A DNA stretch of 37,456 nucleotides from an uncultured Erysipelotrichaceae bacterium (GTDB lineage Bacteria > Bacillota_I > Bacilli_A > Erysipelotrichales > Erysipelotrichaceae): assembly GCA_937957895.1 (NCBI GenBank), contig CALFEZ010000308.1, positions 1-37,456 on the forward strand. Reading direction: 5' to 3'. Below the pieces are notes generated by a model that made no database searches, had not been told where the DNA came from, and saw nothing but the letters and a program-made list of their open reading frames with translations. Position numbers and translations under genes: made by a program. Of the stretch, positions 28,805 through 37,456 are shown in pieces; the stretch's first letter is position 1; the number at the start of each line of letters is the position of its first letter.

Positions 28805-31333
28805 ATGGATAAACTTACACCAATGATGAAGCAGTATTTTGAGATCAAAAAGAACTATCCCGACACGTTGTTGTTCTATCGGTTGGGAGATTTTTATGAA
28901 CTGTTTTTTGATGATGCAAAGATTGTCTCCAAAGAGTGTGATTTGGTTTTGACATCACGTTCAAAAGAGGCGGATAAAGCTCCCATGTGCGGGGTCCCTT
29001 ATCATTCTGTAACACCGTATCTTCAAAAGCTGCTCAACAGAGGATATAAAGTGGCTATCGTCGAACAAACCGAAGACCCTGCCACTGCAAAAGGCATCGT
29101 CAAGCGGGAAGTTGTTCGAATCGTGACTCCGGGGACCATGATCGATGAGATGGATGACGAAAAAGCAACAGTAAGCATTGCTTCGATCGAAGACGCTCAT
29201 TACGGGTTAGCCATAGCGATCATTGAAATCGCCAGTGGAAAAAGCAAGATCCTGTGGAGCAATGCTTCACCTTCAAAAGTCGTGCAACTGCTTTTGAAAC
29301 ATCATGTGAAGGAAGTAGTCATATCGAAAGAACTTGCATCTAAATATGTCGAAAGTATCGAGCAACTGGCACATCTTTCCGTGACGTTTCACGAACATAT
29401 CAACATCGATAATGCATACACACCGTTGATCGATACCAGATTCAATGAAACGACTCAGATCGCCATCAAACGATTGATCCACTACCTTTTCACGACTCAA
29501 TTGTCATATTTGTCGCATCTTAAACCATTCGAAATGACTAACAACGATGAGATATGTGAGTTGGATTATACAACGATTTACAATCTTGACCTGATCCAAC
29601 CCTCCAAATACAATCGAAACCAGATGACTCTTTGGTCTTATTTGGACAAATGCAAGACAGCCATGGGGAGTCGGCTTTTGAAGCAATGGATCATTGAACC
29701 TCTTCAAAACAAAGAAACCATATACAAGCGTCAGCACAAGGTCACCCATCTAAAAAAAGAGTTTCTGTTATTGGATGATATCAGAAAAGCATTGGAGAAA
29801 GTGTACGATCTTGAAAGAATAAGCACCAAAGTTGCCTTTAAACGTGCCATGCCTGCGGATATGATCCAACTCAAGAAGACACTTGAAGCAGCCGGCATCA
29901 TCCAACCGCTTTTGGTCAAAAGTGATTTGTTTTCTGAGTGGCATGACTTAGACATATTGTGTGATGTAAGAGAAACATTATCCAATGCACTGCTTGAACA
30001 AGCTCCCATCACGATCAAAGAAGGCAATATCTTCAAAGAAGGATACAACCAAGAACTTGATCACTACAACCACATCCATTCCAAAGGAAAAGATTGGCTG
30101 ATCGACTTTGAAAATCAAGAACGAGAAAAAACCAAGATCAAGAATCTCAAAGTAGGATACAATCGTGTATTTGGTTATTATATTGAAATCTCAAAAGGAA
30201 ATTTGTCACTCATAAAGGACGAATTTGGATATATCCGAAAACAAACACTTGTCAATGCAGAGCGATTTATCTCCCAAGAATTAAAAGAGAAGGAAGATGA
30301 GCTCTTACATGCAAAAGAAAAAGCCAATAAGCTAGAAGAATATCTTTTTGAGCAGCTGATCGAAAAGATGCAAAACATCATCCAAAAACTACAACTATTG
30401 GCAGATGCGATCGCTGAACTTGATGTTTTATGCAGCCTGGCAGTGATTGGGTCTCAAAAGGGGTTTATTGCACCGACATTCAATGACAAGCGAACCATCA
30501 ACATCAAAAGTTCCGTTCATCCATTGTTGGAAAAGGTAAGCAAAAACCAAAAAGTCATTGCCAATGATTGGATCGTGGATGGTAATAAATCCGTATTTGT
30601 GCTCACAGGCCCAAACATGGGCGGGAAAAGTACGTACATGAGGCAGATCGCGCTTTTGGTGATCATGGCTCAGATGGGAGGATATGTGTTTGCCAAAGAG
30701 GCGGACATCCCTGTTTTCGATGCTATCTATACAAGAATAGGAGCATCGGATGACATATTGAGCGGTCAATCGACTTTCATGGTAGAGATGGTCGAAGCTA
30801 ATACAGCACTTTCTTCAGCCACTGAGCGGTCATTGATATTGTTCGACGAGATCGGCAGAGGCACAGCGACTTACGATGGAATGGCTATCGCTCAGGCGAT
30901 CATCGAATACATCGATACTGTGATCCATGCAAAAACGATTTTTTCTACGCATTACCATGAGCTTACTTCCTTGCAGGAAAAACTAGATCATGTTGAAAAC
31001 TTGGTGACTCAGGTCGTTGAAAAAGAAGGTACTATCACCTTTTTATATCGCATCAAAAAAGGGAAAGCCGACAAATCCTATGGAATCAATGTTGCGAGTA
31101 TCGCCAAACTCCCCGATGCCGTGATCCACAGAGCCAAAGATCTTCTCAAACAGCTTGAAACCAACCGCAAGCATGTCCAACAATCCATGGACATCGTTGA
31201 AGTGAAGGTCATTCCAAAAGCGCTTCAACAAATTTACGAACAGCTGCATGAGATCAACATCGATGAAATGACACCACTTCAAACCATGCAATGTTTGGCT
31301 GACATGATCCAGCAAGCAAAGAAGGTGAAATAA
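28805..31333 (+). CDS. mutS: DNA mismatch repair protein MutS
   Basis: 842 aa. Mismatch-binding N-terminus (TPMMKQYFEIK...FYRLGDFYELF), Walker A GPNMGGKST, STFMVEM and DEIGRGT. Confidence 0.97.
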   Translation: MDKLTPMMKQYFEIKKNYPDTLLFYRLGDFYELFFDDAKIVSKECDLVLTSRSKEADKAPMCGVPYHSVTPYLQKLLNRGYKVAIVEQTEDPATAKGIVKREVVRIVTPGTMIDEMDDEKATVSIASIEDAHYGLAIAIIEIASGKSKILWSNASPSKVVQLLLKHHVKEVVISKELASKYVESIEQLAHLSVTFHEHINIDNAYTPLIDTRFNETTQIAIKRLIHYLFTTQLSYLSHLKPFEMTNNDEICELDYTTIYNLDLIQPSKYNRNQMTLWSYLDKCKTAMGSRLLKQWIIEPLQNKETIYKRQHKVTHLKKEFLLLDDIRKALEKVYDLERISTKVAFKRAMPADMIQLKKTLEAAGIIQPLLVKSDLFSEWHDLDILCDVRETLSNALLEQAPITIKEGNIFKEGYNQELDHYNHIHSKGKDWLIDFENQEREKTKIKNLKVGYNRVFGYYIEISKGNLSLIKDEFGYIRKQTLVNAERFISQELKEKEDELLHAKEKANKLEEYLFEQLIEKMQNIIQKLQLLADAIAELDVLCSLAVIGSQKGFIAPTFNDKRTINIKSSVHPLLEKVSKNQKVIANDWIVDGNKSVFVLTGPNMGGKSTYMRQIALLVIMAQMGGYVFAKEADIPVFDAIYTRIGASDDILSGQSTFMVEMVEANTALSSATERSLILFDEIGRGTATYDGMAIAQAIIEYIDTVIHAKTIFSTHYHELTSLQEKLDHVENLVTQVVEKEGTITFLYRIKKGKADKSYGINVASIAKLPDAVIHRAKDLLKQLETNRKHVQQSMDIVEVKVIPKALQQIYEQLHEINIDEMTPLQTMQCLADMIQQAKKVK

Positions 31334-33040
31334 ATGGGATTCATACGTCGTTTGGATAGTCATTTGACCAACATGATCGCTGCAGGTGAAGTGGTAGAGC
31401 GTCCCATGGGGGTCGTAAAGGAACTCGTGGAAAACGCCATCGATGCCAATGCAACATCGATCGATGTCACCATCGTTGAAGGGGGCATCCATTTGATCAG
31501 TGTCAAAGACAACGGAAATGGGATGGATGGTGAAGATGCCACCATGGCATTTCAACGTCATTCAACATCAAAAATATCAAAAGAAGAAGATCTATGGTCG
31601 ATCGCCAGTTTGGGGTTTCGTGGTGAAGCATTGCCGTCGATCGCATCAGTAAGTGAGTGTGAATGCATCACCAGCAATGGCATTCAGTCCACCAAAGTAA
31701 AAACCCAGTATGGAAAGCTCATCGAAGCCATACCCTACGAAAGCGAAAAAGGGACAACGATCAACGTCAAAGGACTCTTTTTAAAAACTCCCGCACGATT
31801 GAAGCACATGAAAACATTGCCCTATGAGCAAGCATTGATCGTAGATGTCATGCAACGTTTTACCATCAGTTATCCTACGATCGCTTTTTCTTTGCAGATC
31901 GATGAAAAGATTGTGATGTCAACTAACGGCAGTGGCAATCTTCAAGAGGTCATCTATCGATTATACGGAGCTGACATCGCCAGAGAAAGCATCCCATTCA
32001 AAGAAAACGACAGTGACTTTGTCATCCATGGTCTTTTGATCAAACCATCGATATCTCGAGCAACACGAAAAGACATGTTTGTTTTTACCAATCAACGCAT
32101 GGTGCGTTCTAGTCGCATCCAACGTGCCATCATGGATGGATATCGTCATTTTATGCCCTCTGATCGTTACCCTATCGTGTTTCTTTTTATTGAGGTAGAT
32201 TTAAAACTCATTGATGTCAATGTCCACCCATCCAAATGGGAAGTACGCCTATCCAAAGAAGCACAGTTGCTTAACTTGATAGAAAAGACGATTGGACAAA
32301 CTCTGACTGATACACCTCAGATACCTCGGGTTCGTGCTATGACGACATCATACGACAAAAAACTTGTAAACGAACACACATCATTGTTTGATCAATCGAC
32401 TCCCACACAAACAGAACCTGAAATCCAAGTTAGTGAAGCAGCTGTTTCAGACATCACATACGATGTGTCATCAAAGGAATTTCGTGTTTTGGCTCAACTG
32501 CATAAGAAGTACATACTTGCAGAAAATGAAGAAGGTTTGTATATTTTTGATCAGCATGCTTCCATGGAAAGGATCCGATACGAACACTTCAAAAAGAAGA
32601 TGCTTCAAAAGATCCATCATCAAGTACCATTGCTGATACCAATCACGATCACTCATAAAAGAGCTCTTCAGCAAGCAAACGATCTGATCACATTGTTGCA
32701 TGCTTTTCAGATCACTGCAGAATACTTGCAGCAGGATACACTGATCATTCGTTCCGTTCCGGAGTGGTTATCCACAACGGATACACAAAAAGCGATCGAT
32801 GACATCGTTGATTACTTTGATGCACAACATAACAAGACCGAAGAAGACCTTCGAAAAAAGGTACTATCTTCATTGGCATGTCATAGTTCAGTGCGATTCA
32901 ATGATGCTCTATCCAATTCAGAAATGCAAAAGATCATCCATGATTTGATGCTATGTGAGCAACCTTATCATTGTCCTCACGGAAGACCAACATATATCCA
33001 GATAACGACCAATGATCTGTTTAAGGAGTTTTTACGATGA
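31334..33040 (+). CDS. mutL: DNA mismatch repair endonuclease MutL
   Basis: GHKL N-terminus (IAAGEVVERP..VKELVENAIDA) and the endonuclease motif DQHASMERIRYE (DQHA-x2-E-x4-E). Also ACHSS and CPHGRPT motifs. Confidence 0.97.
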   Translation: MGFIRRLDSHLTNMIAAGEVVERPMGVVKELVENAIDANATSIDVTIVEGGIHLISVKDNGNGMDGEDATMAFQRHSTSKISKEEDLWSIASLGFRGEALPSIASVSECECITSNGIQSTKVKTQYGKLIEAIPYESEKGTTINVKGLFLKTPARLKHMKTLPYEQALIVDVMQRFTISYPTIAFSLQIDEKIVMSTNGSGNLQEVIYRLYGADIARESIPFKENDSDFVIHGLLIKPSISRATRKDMFVFTNQRMVRSSRIQRAIMDGYRHFMPSDRYPIVFLFIEVDLKLIDVNVHPSKWEVRLSKEAQLLNLIEKTIGQTLTDTPQIPRVRAMTTSYDKKLVNEHTSLFDQSTPTQTEPEIQVSEAAVSDITYDVSSKEFRVLAQLHKKYILAENEEGLYIFDQHASMERIRYEHFKKKMLQKIHHQVPLLIPITITHKRALQQANDLITLLHAFQITAEYLQQDTLIIRSVPEWLSTTDTQKAIDDIVDYFDAQHNKTEEDLRKKVLSSLACHSSVRFNDALSNSEMQKIIHDLMLCEQPYHCPHGRPTYIQITTNDLFKEFLR

Positions 33041-33939
33041 AACAGGTTTTGGTCCTTACCGGATTGACCGCGACCGGCAAAAGCAAATTGGCGATCGATT
33101 GGGCCAAATACTTCGATGGTGAGATCATCAGTGCTGATTCAGTTGCTGTGTATCGTCAGTTATCGATCGTTTCGGCCAAACCGGATTCTCATCAACGCTC
33201 ACAAGTAGTCCATCATGGAATCGATCTGGTTGATGTTGATAGGACATTTACGATCAAGGACTTTCGATCGTATGTAATAGAAAAAATCGATGATATCTCC
33301 AATAGAGGGAAACTACCGATCATCGTGGGCGGAAGCGGGCTCTATTTAAAGGCAGTATTGTATGATTATGAGTTCTCTGATGAAATACGACAAGACGACA
33401 GCTGGGCAGAAGAAATCAGCAATGAAGAATTACATGGCATGCTTGCGATGATCGATCCAAAAGAAGCACAGAAAATCCATCCGAACAACCGAAAGCGGAT
33501 CATTCGTGCACTCACCATCTACAAAGCGCAGAAAACACCAAAATCACAGATCATCGATAAACAACAACACCAGCTGCAATATGATGTTTTGATGTTTTGT
33601 GCTTATCTCAACAAAGATCGACTTCACCAGCAGATCGATACTCGAGTGGATCACATGATCCAGCAAGGATTAGAGCTAGAGATCAGGGATGCTTTAAGAC
33701 ATGCAACATGGGAACATCCATCGATGGCGGCTATCGGAGTCAAAGAGTTCAGACCGTATTTTGAGCAAGAAGCTACTCTTGAGCAAGTTAGTGAACAAAT
33801 CAAGATACGAACCAAACAGTTTTCAAAGCGACAGCGAACATGGTTCAAGCATCAATTTGATGCCATATGGATCGACATGGACGATCCACGACAAATCAGT
33901 GATGCATTTCAAAAGGTAACATCATGGATAAAGCGTTAG
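33037..33939 (+). CDS. miaA: tRNA dimethylallyltransferase
   Basis: P-loop GLTATGKS, SADS..VYR and GGSGLY motifs. Conserved mutL-miaA order. Confidence 0.95.
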   Translation: MKQVLVLTGLTATGKSKLAIDWAKYFDGEIISADSVAVYRQLSIVSAKPDSHQRSQVVHHGIDLVDVDRTFTIKDFRSYVIEKIDDISNRGKLPIIVGGSGLYLKAVLYDYEFSDEIRQDDSWAEEISNEELHGMLAMIDPKEAQKIHPNNRKRIIRALTIYKAQKTPKSQIIDKQQHQLQYDVLMFCAYLNKDRLHQQIDTRVDHMIQQGLELEIRDALRHATWEHPSMAAIGVKEFRPYFEQEATLEQVSEQIKIRTKQFSKRQRTWFKHQFDAIWIDMDDPRQISDAFQKVTSWIKR

Positions 33940-34655
33940 ACAGGGTCGAACTTCTGATAGGGAAGCAGCAAACACAGCAGATCATGGACAGTTCAATCAT
34001 GGTCGTTGGCTGTGGAGGGGTTGGAGCCATGGCGGCAGAAGCATTGGTACGGTTTGGGGTAGGAAAAATCATCCTGGTCGATCATGATGTCGTAGCAATG
34101 AGCAACCTTAACCGACAGATCCATGCCACGGTCACTTCCATCGGCGAGAAAAAAGTGGATGCGCTTTACAAACGCCTCCGATCGATCTCCGATCGATGCG
34201 ACGTCATAACGATCGATCGTTTCATCGATCAAAGCAATATCGATGAGCTTTTTAAGATCCAAATCGACGTCATGATCGATGCGATCGATACGGTCACTTC
34301 TAAGTTGATGCTGATAAAGAAAGCGCAAGAGCATGACATACCGATCGTGTCCAGCATGGGAATGGGCAACCGCATGGACCCAACACAAATAAGAGTCCTT
34401 CCTTTAAACAAGACAACTCACGATCCACTGGCCAAGGTCGTGCGTTATCAATGCAGAAAACAAGGATTGGATGATACAATAAGAGTCGTATGTTCGCTTG
34501 AAACACCTATCAAACAAACGGTAAGGATCAATGATAGCCCCATACTCAAACAAGCCATGCCCCCATCAAGCAGTTCGTTTGTTCCGATGGCTGCCGGTCT
34601 TGCCTGTGGGTATGAAGCCATATCGATCATACTTTCATTAAAGGAGGTTTTATGA
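33924..34655 (+). CDS. tcdA: tRNA threonylcarbamoyladenosine dehydratase (ThiF/E1-like, TcdA/YgdL family)
   Basis: Rossmann VVGCGGVGA...LVDHD.V..SNLNRQ and the conserved C-terminal Cys region. Overlaps miaA by 16 nt. Confidence 0.85.
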   Translation: MDKALDRVELLIGKQQTQQIMDSSIMVVGCGGVGAMAAEALVRFGVGKIILVDHDVVAMSNLNRQIHATVTSIGEKKVDALYKRLRSISDRCDVITIDRFIDQSNIDELFKIQIDVMIDAIDTVTSKLMLIKKAQEHDIPIVSSMGMGNRMDPTQIRVLPLNKTTHDPLAKVVRYQCRKQGLDDTIRVVCSLETPIKQTVRINDSPILKQAMPPSSSSFVPMAAGLACGYEAISIILSLKEVL

Positions 34656-35149
34656 AGAAAATCGTCGTAGCCGGAGGATGTTTTTGGGGAGTGGAAGAAT
34701 ACTTTCGTAGAGCAAAAGGCATCATCAACACCAAAGCAGGATACTCACAAGGACACAAGATAGACGCAACTTATCAAGAAGTATGCGATGGTACGACCGG
34801 TCATGCCGAAGTCGTCATGCTCGAATACGATCCAGAGCAAATCAGCTTGGTGAAAATAATGGAGCATTTGTTTCGGATCATCGACCCGACAATGCTCAAT
34901 CGTCAAGGAAATGATATCGGACATCAGTATCGCACCGGTGTTTATACGCTGGATGACAAGGATGTGCCTTTGATCAAAGACTATATCCAGCAAAAACAAA
35001 AAGAGTATCCCAAACAAATCGTGGTGGAAGTTGAACCTCTCAAAAACTTTGTTCAGGCAGAGGACTATCATCAGCTGTATCTGATCAAAAATCCACGTGG
35101 GTACTGCCATGTGAACATGAACTTGCTGAAACCGGAAGAACGCAAGTAA
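34652..35149 (+). CDS. msrA: Peptide-methionine (S)-S-oxide reductase
   Basis: GCFWGVE active-site motif, HAEVV and YHQ.Y motifs. 165 aa. Confidence 0.95.
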   Translation: MKKIVVAGGCFWGVEEYFRRAKGIINTKAGYSQGHKIDATYQEVCDGTTGHAEVVMLEYDPEQISLVKIMEHLFRIIDPTMLNRQGNDIGHQYRTGVYTLDDKDVPLIKDYIQQKQKEYPKQIVVEVEPLKNFVQAEDYHQLYLIKNPRGYCHVNMNLLKPEERK

Positions 35150-35151
35150 GC

Positions 35152-35178
35152 AAAACCAGATGAAATCTGGTTTTTTTT
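35152..35178 (+). terminator. Rho-independent terminator ending the mutS-mutL-miaA-tcdA-msrA unit
   Basis: 10-bp stem AAAACCAGAT-gaa-ATCTGGTTTT running into a T8 tract. Confidence 0.8.
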
Positions 35179-35186
35179 AGGAAAAA

Positions 35187-35220
35187 AGCCATCTCGTTGG
35201 AATGATGCCATGAGGTGGCT
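35187..35220 (+). promoter_or_regulatory. Hairpin able to sequester the SD of the ABC ATPase gene
   Basis: AGCCATCTC (35187-35195) pairs with GAGGTGGCT (35212-35220): 9 bp including one G-U, with a 16-nt loop. The 3' arm is the SD immediately before the ATG at 35221. Confidence 0.4.
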
Positions 35221-36087
35221 ATGTTACATGTTACACATTTAAAAAAACTATACAAGAATGAACAAGGTATCACAGGGGTATCCTTTACGCTTGAAAAAGG
35301 TCAGGTTTGTGCCGTTGTCGGACATAATGGCAGTGGCAAGACGACTTTGTTCAAAACGCTGTCAGGACTCTTACATCCAGATAAGGGAACGATCGTGATA
35401 AAGACAAACAAACAAAGAAGACTTGCCATGGGATATCTTCCGGAGAATCGCAGTGTGATTGCCGATATGGAAACAGTCGAGTTCATCACTTTTTTTGGAA
35501 AACTCAAAGGCATGTCAGATACGATGATCATCCATGCGATGCAGCAATGGATGACGTTTTTGGATTGTGATGATCTCAGGGGAAAGAAACTCAGACAATG
35601 TTCAAAGGGCAATCAGCAGAAAATTCAAATGATAAGCTGTTTGATCCATGATCCGGACATTCTGATACTGGATGAACCGTTCAGTGGATTGGATATCGAC
35701 AATACCCGCTTGTTTGAAAAACTGATCATCCATTTAAAAAAACAAGAGAAATGCATTTTACTCTCAAGCCATCGATTTGAAGAAATCGAGCACTTGTGTG
35801 ATATGTTGATGGTACTAAAGGCATCTCATGTCGTGATCGAGGGATCTTTAAAACAAATCCGAGATGCAGCTGATTCGCATACCGTCACACTGAGTAATGA
35901 TCCACACATGAGCTTTCGAAATGAAAAAGGAGTTTGTGATGTCATCGTTGATGGGAATCTGACACATTATTATGTTGTGAGTGAAGCATCATGTACACGA
36001 TTGATGCAGGCTATATTGAAAGAAAGAGATCATAGAACTGTCAAGGTCGCTTCTTTGATGCTTCGCGATTTGGTCCGATCAGTATGA
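35221..36087 (+). CDS. ABC transporter ATP-binding protein (ABC-2/NatA-like with a C-terminal accessory domain)
   Basis: Walker A GHNGSGKTT, signature-like SKGNQQK, Walker B ILILDEPFSGLD and an H-loop SSHR. Start set to the ATG at 35221; the ORF-track start at 35215 is a GTG inside the SD. Confidence 0.9.
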   Translation: MLHVTHLKKLYKNEQGITGVSFTLEKGQVCAVVGHNGSGKTTLFKTLSGLLHPDKGTIVIKTNKQRRLAMGYLPENRSVIADMETVEFITFFGKLKGMSDTMIIHAMQQWMTFLDCDDLRGKKLRQCSKGNQQKIQMISCLIHDPDILILDEPFSGLDIDNTRLFEKLIIHLKKQEKCILLSSHRFEEIEHLCDMLMVLKASHVVIEGSLKQIRDAADSHTVTLSNDPHMSFRNEKGVCDVIVDGNLTHYYVVSEASCTRLMQAILKERDHRTVKVASLMLRDLVRSV

Positions 36088-37250
36088 AGACATTGATTCT
36101 GTTTTCGCTTAAACGAAAACTTCTCAATCCAATCATGGCTTGGATGGTGATAGTCGTGTTTGTCTTGATGGGGATTGGTTTGTTTGTTGATAAAGTTGTC
36201 GAAGTTGTATTTCCAAATCTTTTTTCTCAAACGTTGATTCATATGCCAAACACCATGTCTGCATACTTTGACTTTTCAAACACAAAATACGAGGTCACTG
36301 ACCGAAAAAATAGCGCCAACATCGTTATCAAAATGGATGAGGTTGGGTATTTGGTATCTGCTGATCAATCAGTATCAGAAAATGAACAGCTTACCATTCG
36401 TTCATGGATCGAACACTTTCATCTGATGCACCATTATCCCTATCTATCAGATGAAGAGATAGCCACCTTGGATTTTTTACTTTCTCCTCACATCACCTAT
36501 GACATTCGCTCAGTTTCAAATCACGAAGGTGGGTTTATTTTCATATCGATGATCTATTTCATGATGTTGGGTTTTTCTTCTACAGTCGCCAATGAGGTAG
36601 TTAGCGAAAAAATATCCAACATGTTGGACATGATGCTCACCTCCGTCACATACAAACAACATTTCTACGCAAAGATCATGATTGGGTGGCTCACTATTCT
36701 TTGTCAAGCAGGCATATGGCTTTTTACTTTGTTCTGTTGGGCAAGTATCAGGATCATATATGATCAGGGTGCTTCTTTGTATGCCTTTTTGCATCGTATA
36801 GGCCTGATAAAGCATCCATATGAATCGTTTTTTGATTATTTACAGTCGTTTGAGTGGGATTTTGCGATGGTCATGATGCTGATCATGGGCGTATTGTTTT
36901 TGTTTTTAGGAATATTGTTGGTGCAGTTGCTTTTATTGCTTGTCTCTGTCAAAATCAACAATATCGAAGAATCAGCAAGCATCCAAGCTCCGTTTTACTT
37001 GGTAATGTTGCTTTTTTACTACTGCACACTAGCCATCAACAACTATCAAACCATGCAACTGGGGATCGGCAGATACTTGTCATATATACCAGGATTTTCC
37101 ATGTTGCTGATGCCAGTCAGAATCTTATATTACGATGTTTTTTGGGTTGAGATCATCTTTGGATTGGTCATTTCCGTGATGACTCTATGGACAGCATATG
37201 CACTTGGCCTTCGTCATTATCATCATCATTTGACTGAAAGTAAAAAATGA
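36084..37250 (+). CDS. ABC-2-type transporter permease
   Basis: 388 aa. N-terminal TM helix, a soluble loop of about 120 aa, then about 5 TM helices. Its start overlaps the ATPase stop (ATGA), which suggests translational coupling. Confidence 0.75.
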   Translation: MKTLILFSLKRKLLNPIMAWMVIVVFVLMGIGLFVDKVVEVVFPNLFSQTLIHMPNTMSAYFDFSNTKYEVTDRKNSANIVIKMDEVGYLVSADQSVSENEQLTIRSWIEHFHLMHHYPYLSDEEIATLDFLLSPHITYDIRSVSNHEGGFIFISMIYFMMLGFSSTVANEVVSEKISNMLDMMLTSVTYKQHFYAKIMIGWLTILCQAGIWLFTLFCWASIRIIYDQGASLYAFLHRIGLIKHPYESFFDYLQSFEWDFAMVMMLIMGVLFLFLGILLVQLLLLLVSVKINNIEESASIQAPFYLVMLLFYYCTLAINNYQTMQLGIGRYLSYIPGFSMLLMPVRILYYDVFWVEIIFGLVISVMTLWTAYALGLRHYHHHLTESKK

Positions 37251-37253
37251 TTG

Positions 37254-37324
37254 ATTGTGAAATCACAATGATTTTATGCACAAAAAACCCTCTGTTTCAC
37301 AATGTATTTTGATACTTTGTGAAA
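37254..37324. repeat. Cluster of TTGTGAAA/TTTCACAA inverted repeats
   Basis: ATTGTGAAATCACAAT palindrome (37254-37269). TTTCACAA (37295-37302) and its exact complement TTGTGAAA (37317-37324) are separated by 14 nt. Confidence 0.5.
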
Positions 37325-37348
37325 AGTGAATAATTTAACAAGTTTGTG

Positions 37349-37377
37349 TTGACTTTAAAAATATCGGGTTATATAAT
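37349..37377 (+). promoter_or_regulatory. Near-consensus SigA-type promoter for the right-edge gene
   Basis: TTGACT (37349-37354), exactly 17 nt spacer, TATAAT (37372-37377). The SD AAAGGAGG follows. Confidence 0.7.
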
Positions 37378-37406
37378 CGTGATTGTAAAGGAGGAAAAAT
37401 CATTAC

Positions 37407-37456
37407 ATGAAAAAATTATTAGTTCTAATTGCAGTAGGATTGTTAGTCTTGGTAGG
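37407..37456 (+). CDS. 5' end of a secreted or lipoprotein-like protein (MKKLLVLIAVGLLVLV...), truncated by the window edge
   Basis: ATG at 37407, 11 nt after AAAGGAGG. The basic-then-hydrophobic N-terminus is typical of a signal peptide. Confidence 0.5.
   Translation, partial: MKKLLVLIAVGLLVLV

Noticed and set aside
31043-31561. 172-aa minus-strand ORF across the mutS-mutL junction
   Set aside because: It is antisense to conserved mutS/mutL coding sequence and has no recognisable motifs or translation signals. This is a shadow ORF.
37254-37269. Calling ATTGTGAAATCACAAT a Rex operator
   Set aside because: The Rex consensus as I recall it is TTGTGAA-N4-TTCACAA (18 bp). Here the arms are separated by only 2 nt, so the assignment would be forced. 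It is kept only as an unexplained palindrome.

Overview
This window is the chromosomal replication-origin region of a low-GC Gram-positive (Bacillota-type) genome. It uses the standard code: TGA terminates rpmH and the PTS-like gene, and Trp is TGG. Genes left of about 8.5 kb all run on the minus strand: a truncated gene, then gpmI, divIC, rqcP/yabO, mfd, pth, jag/khpB, yidC, rnpA and rpmH. Genes to the right run almost entirely on the plus strand: dnaA, dnaN, yaaA, recF, gyrB, gyrA, serS, SRP RNA, tadA, dnaX, recR, fhs, an orphan ORF, nadK, a PTS-EIICB-like gene, mutS, mutL, miaA, tcdA, msrA, an ABC-2 transporter pair and a truncated secreted protein. Only a CYTH gene and a SEDS (RodA/FtsW) gene oppose this orientation. 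DnaA-box clusters flank dnaA, giving a bipartite oriC. Two genes are missing from the ORF track: rpmH (GTG start, 44 aa) and a minimal SRP RNA of about 83 nt. Several ORF-track starts are over-extended (dnaA, tadA, dnaX, nadK, jag, rnpA, pth, ABC ATPase); the extensions of jag, dnaA, tadA, dnaX and the ABC ATPase begin upstream of the gene's own Shine-Dalgarno, and the tadA one also overlaps the SRP RNA. I see no CRISPR array, transposase, integrase, prophage or recognisable defence island, so this is essentially a core housekeeping window. Four things deserve a second look. (1) A 307-aa orphan protein ends the dnaX-recR-fhs unit; its N-terminus looks like a PUA-like nucleic-acid reader module that is normally fused to HNH nucleases. 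(2) A PTS EIICB-like membrane protein lacks the catalytic Cys and the GITE motif. (3) GATC and CGATCG are strongly over-represented in coding DNA, in all three codon phases, yet absent from oriC. (4) Several short palindromes and hairpins sit in leaders (serS, the ABC transporter, and the last gene). Lineage is inference only: the tiny SRP RNA plus compacted origin synteny suggest an Erysipelotrichia/Mollicutes-related but walled organism.
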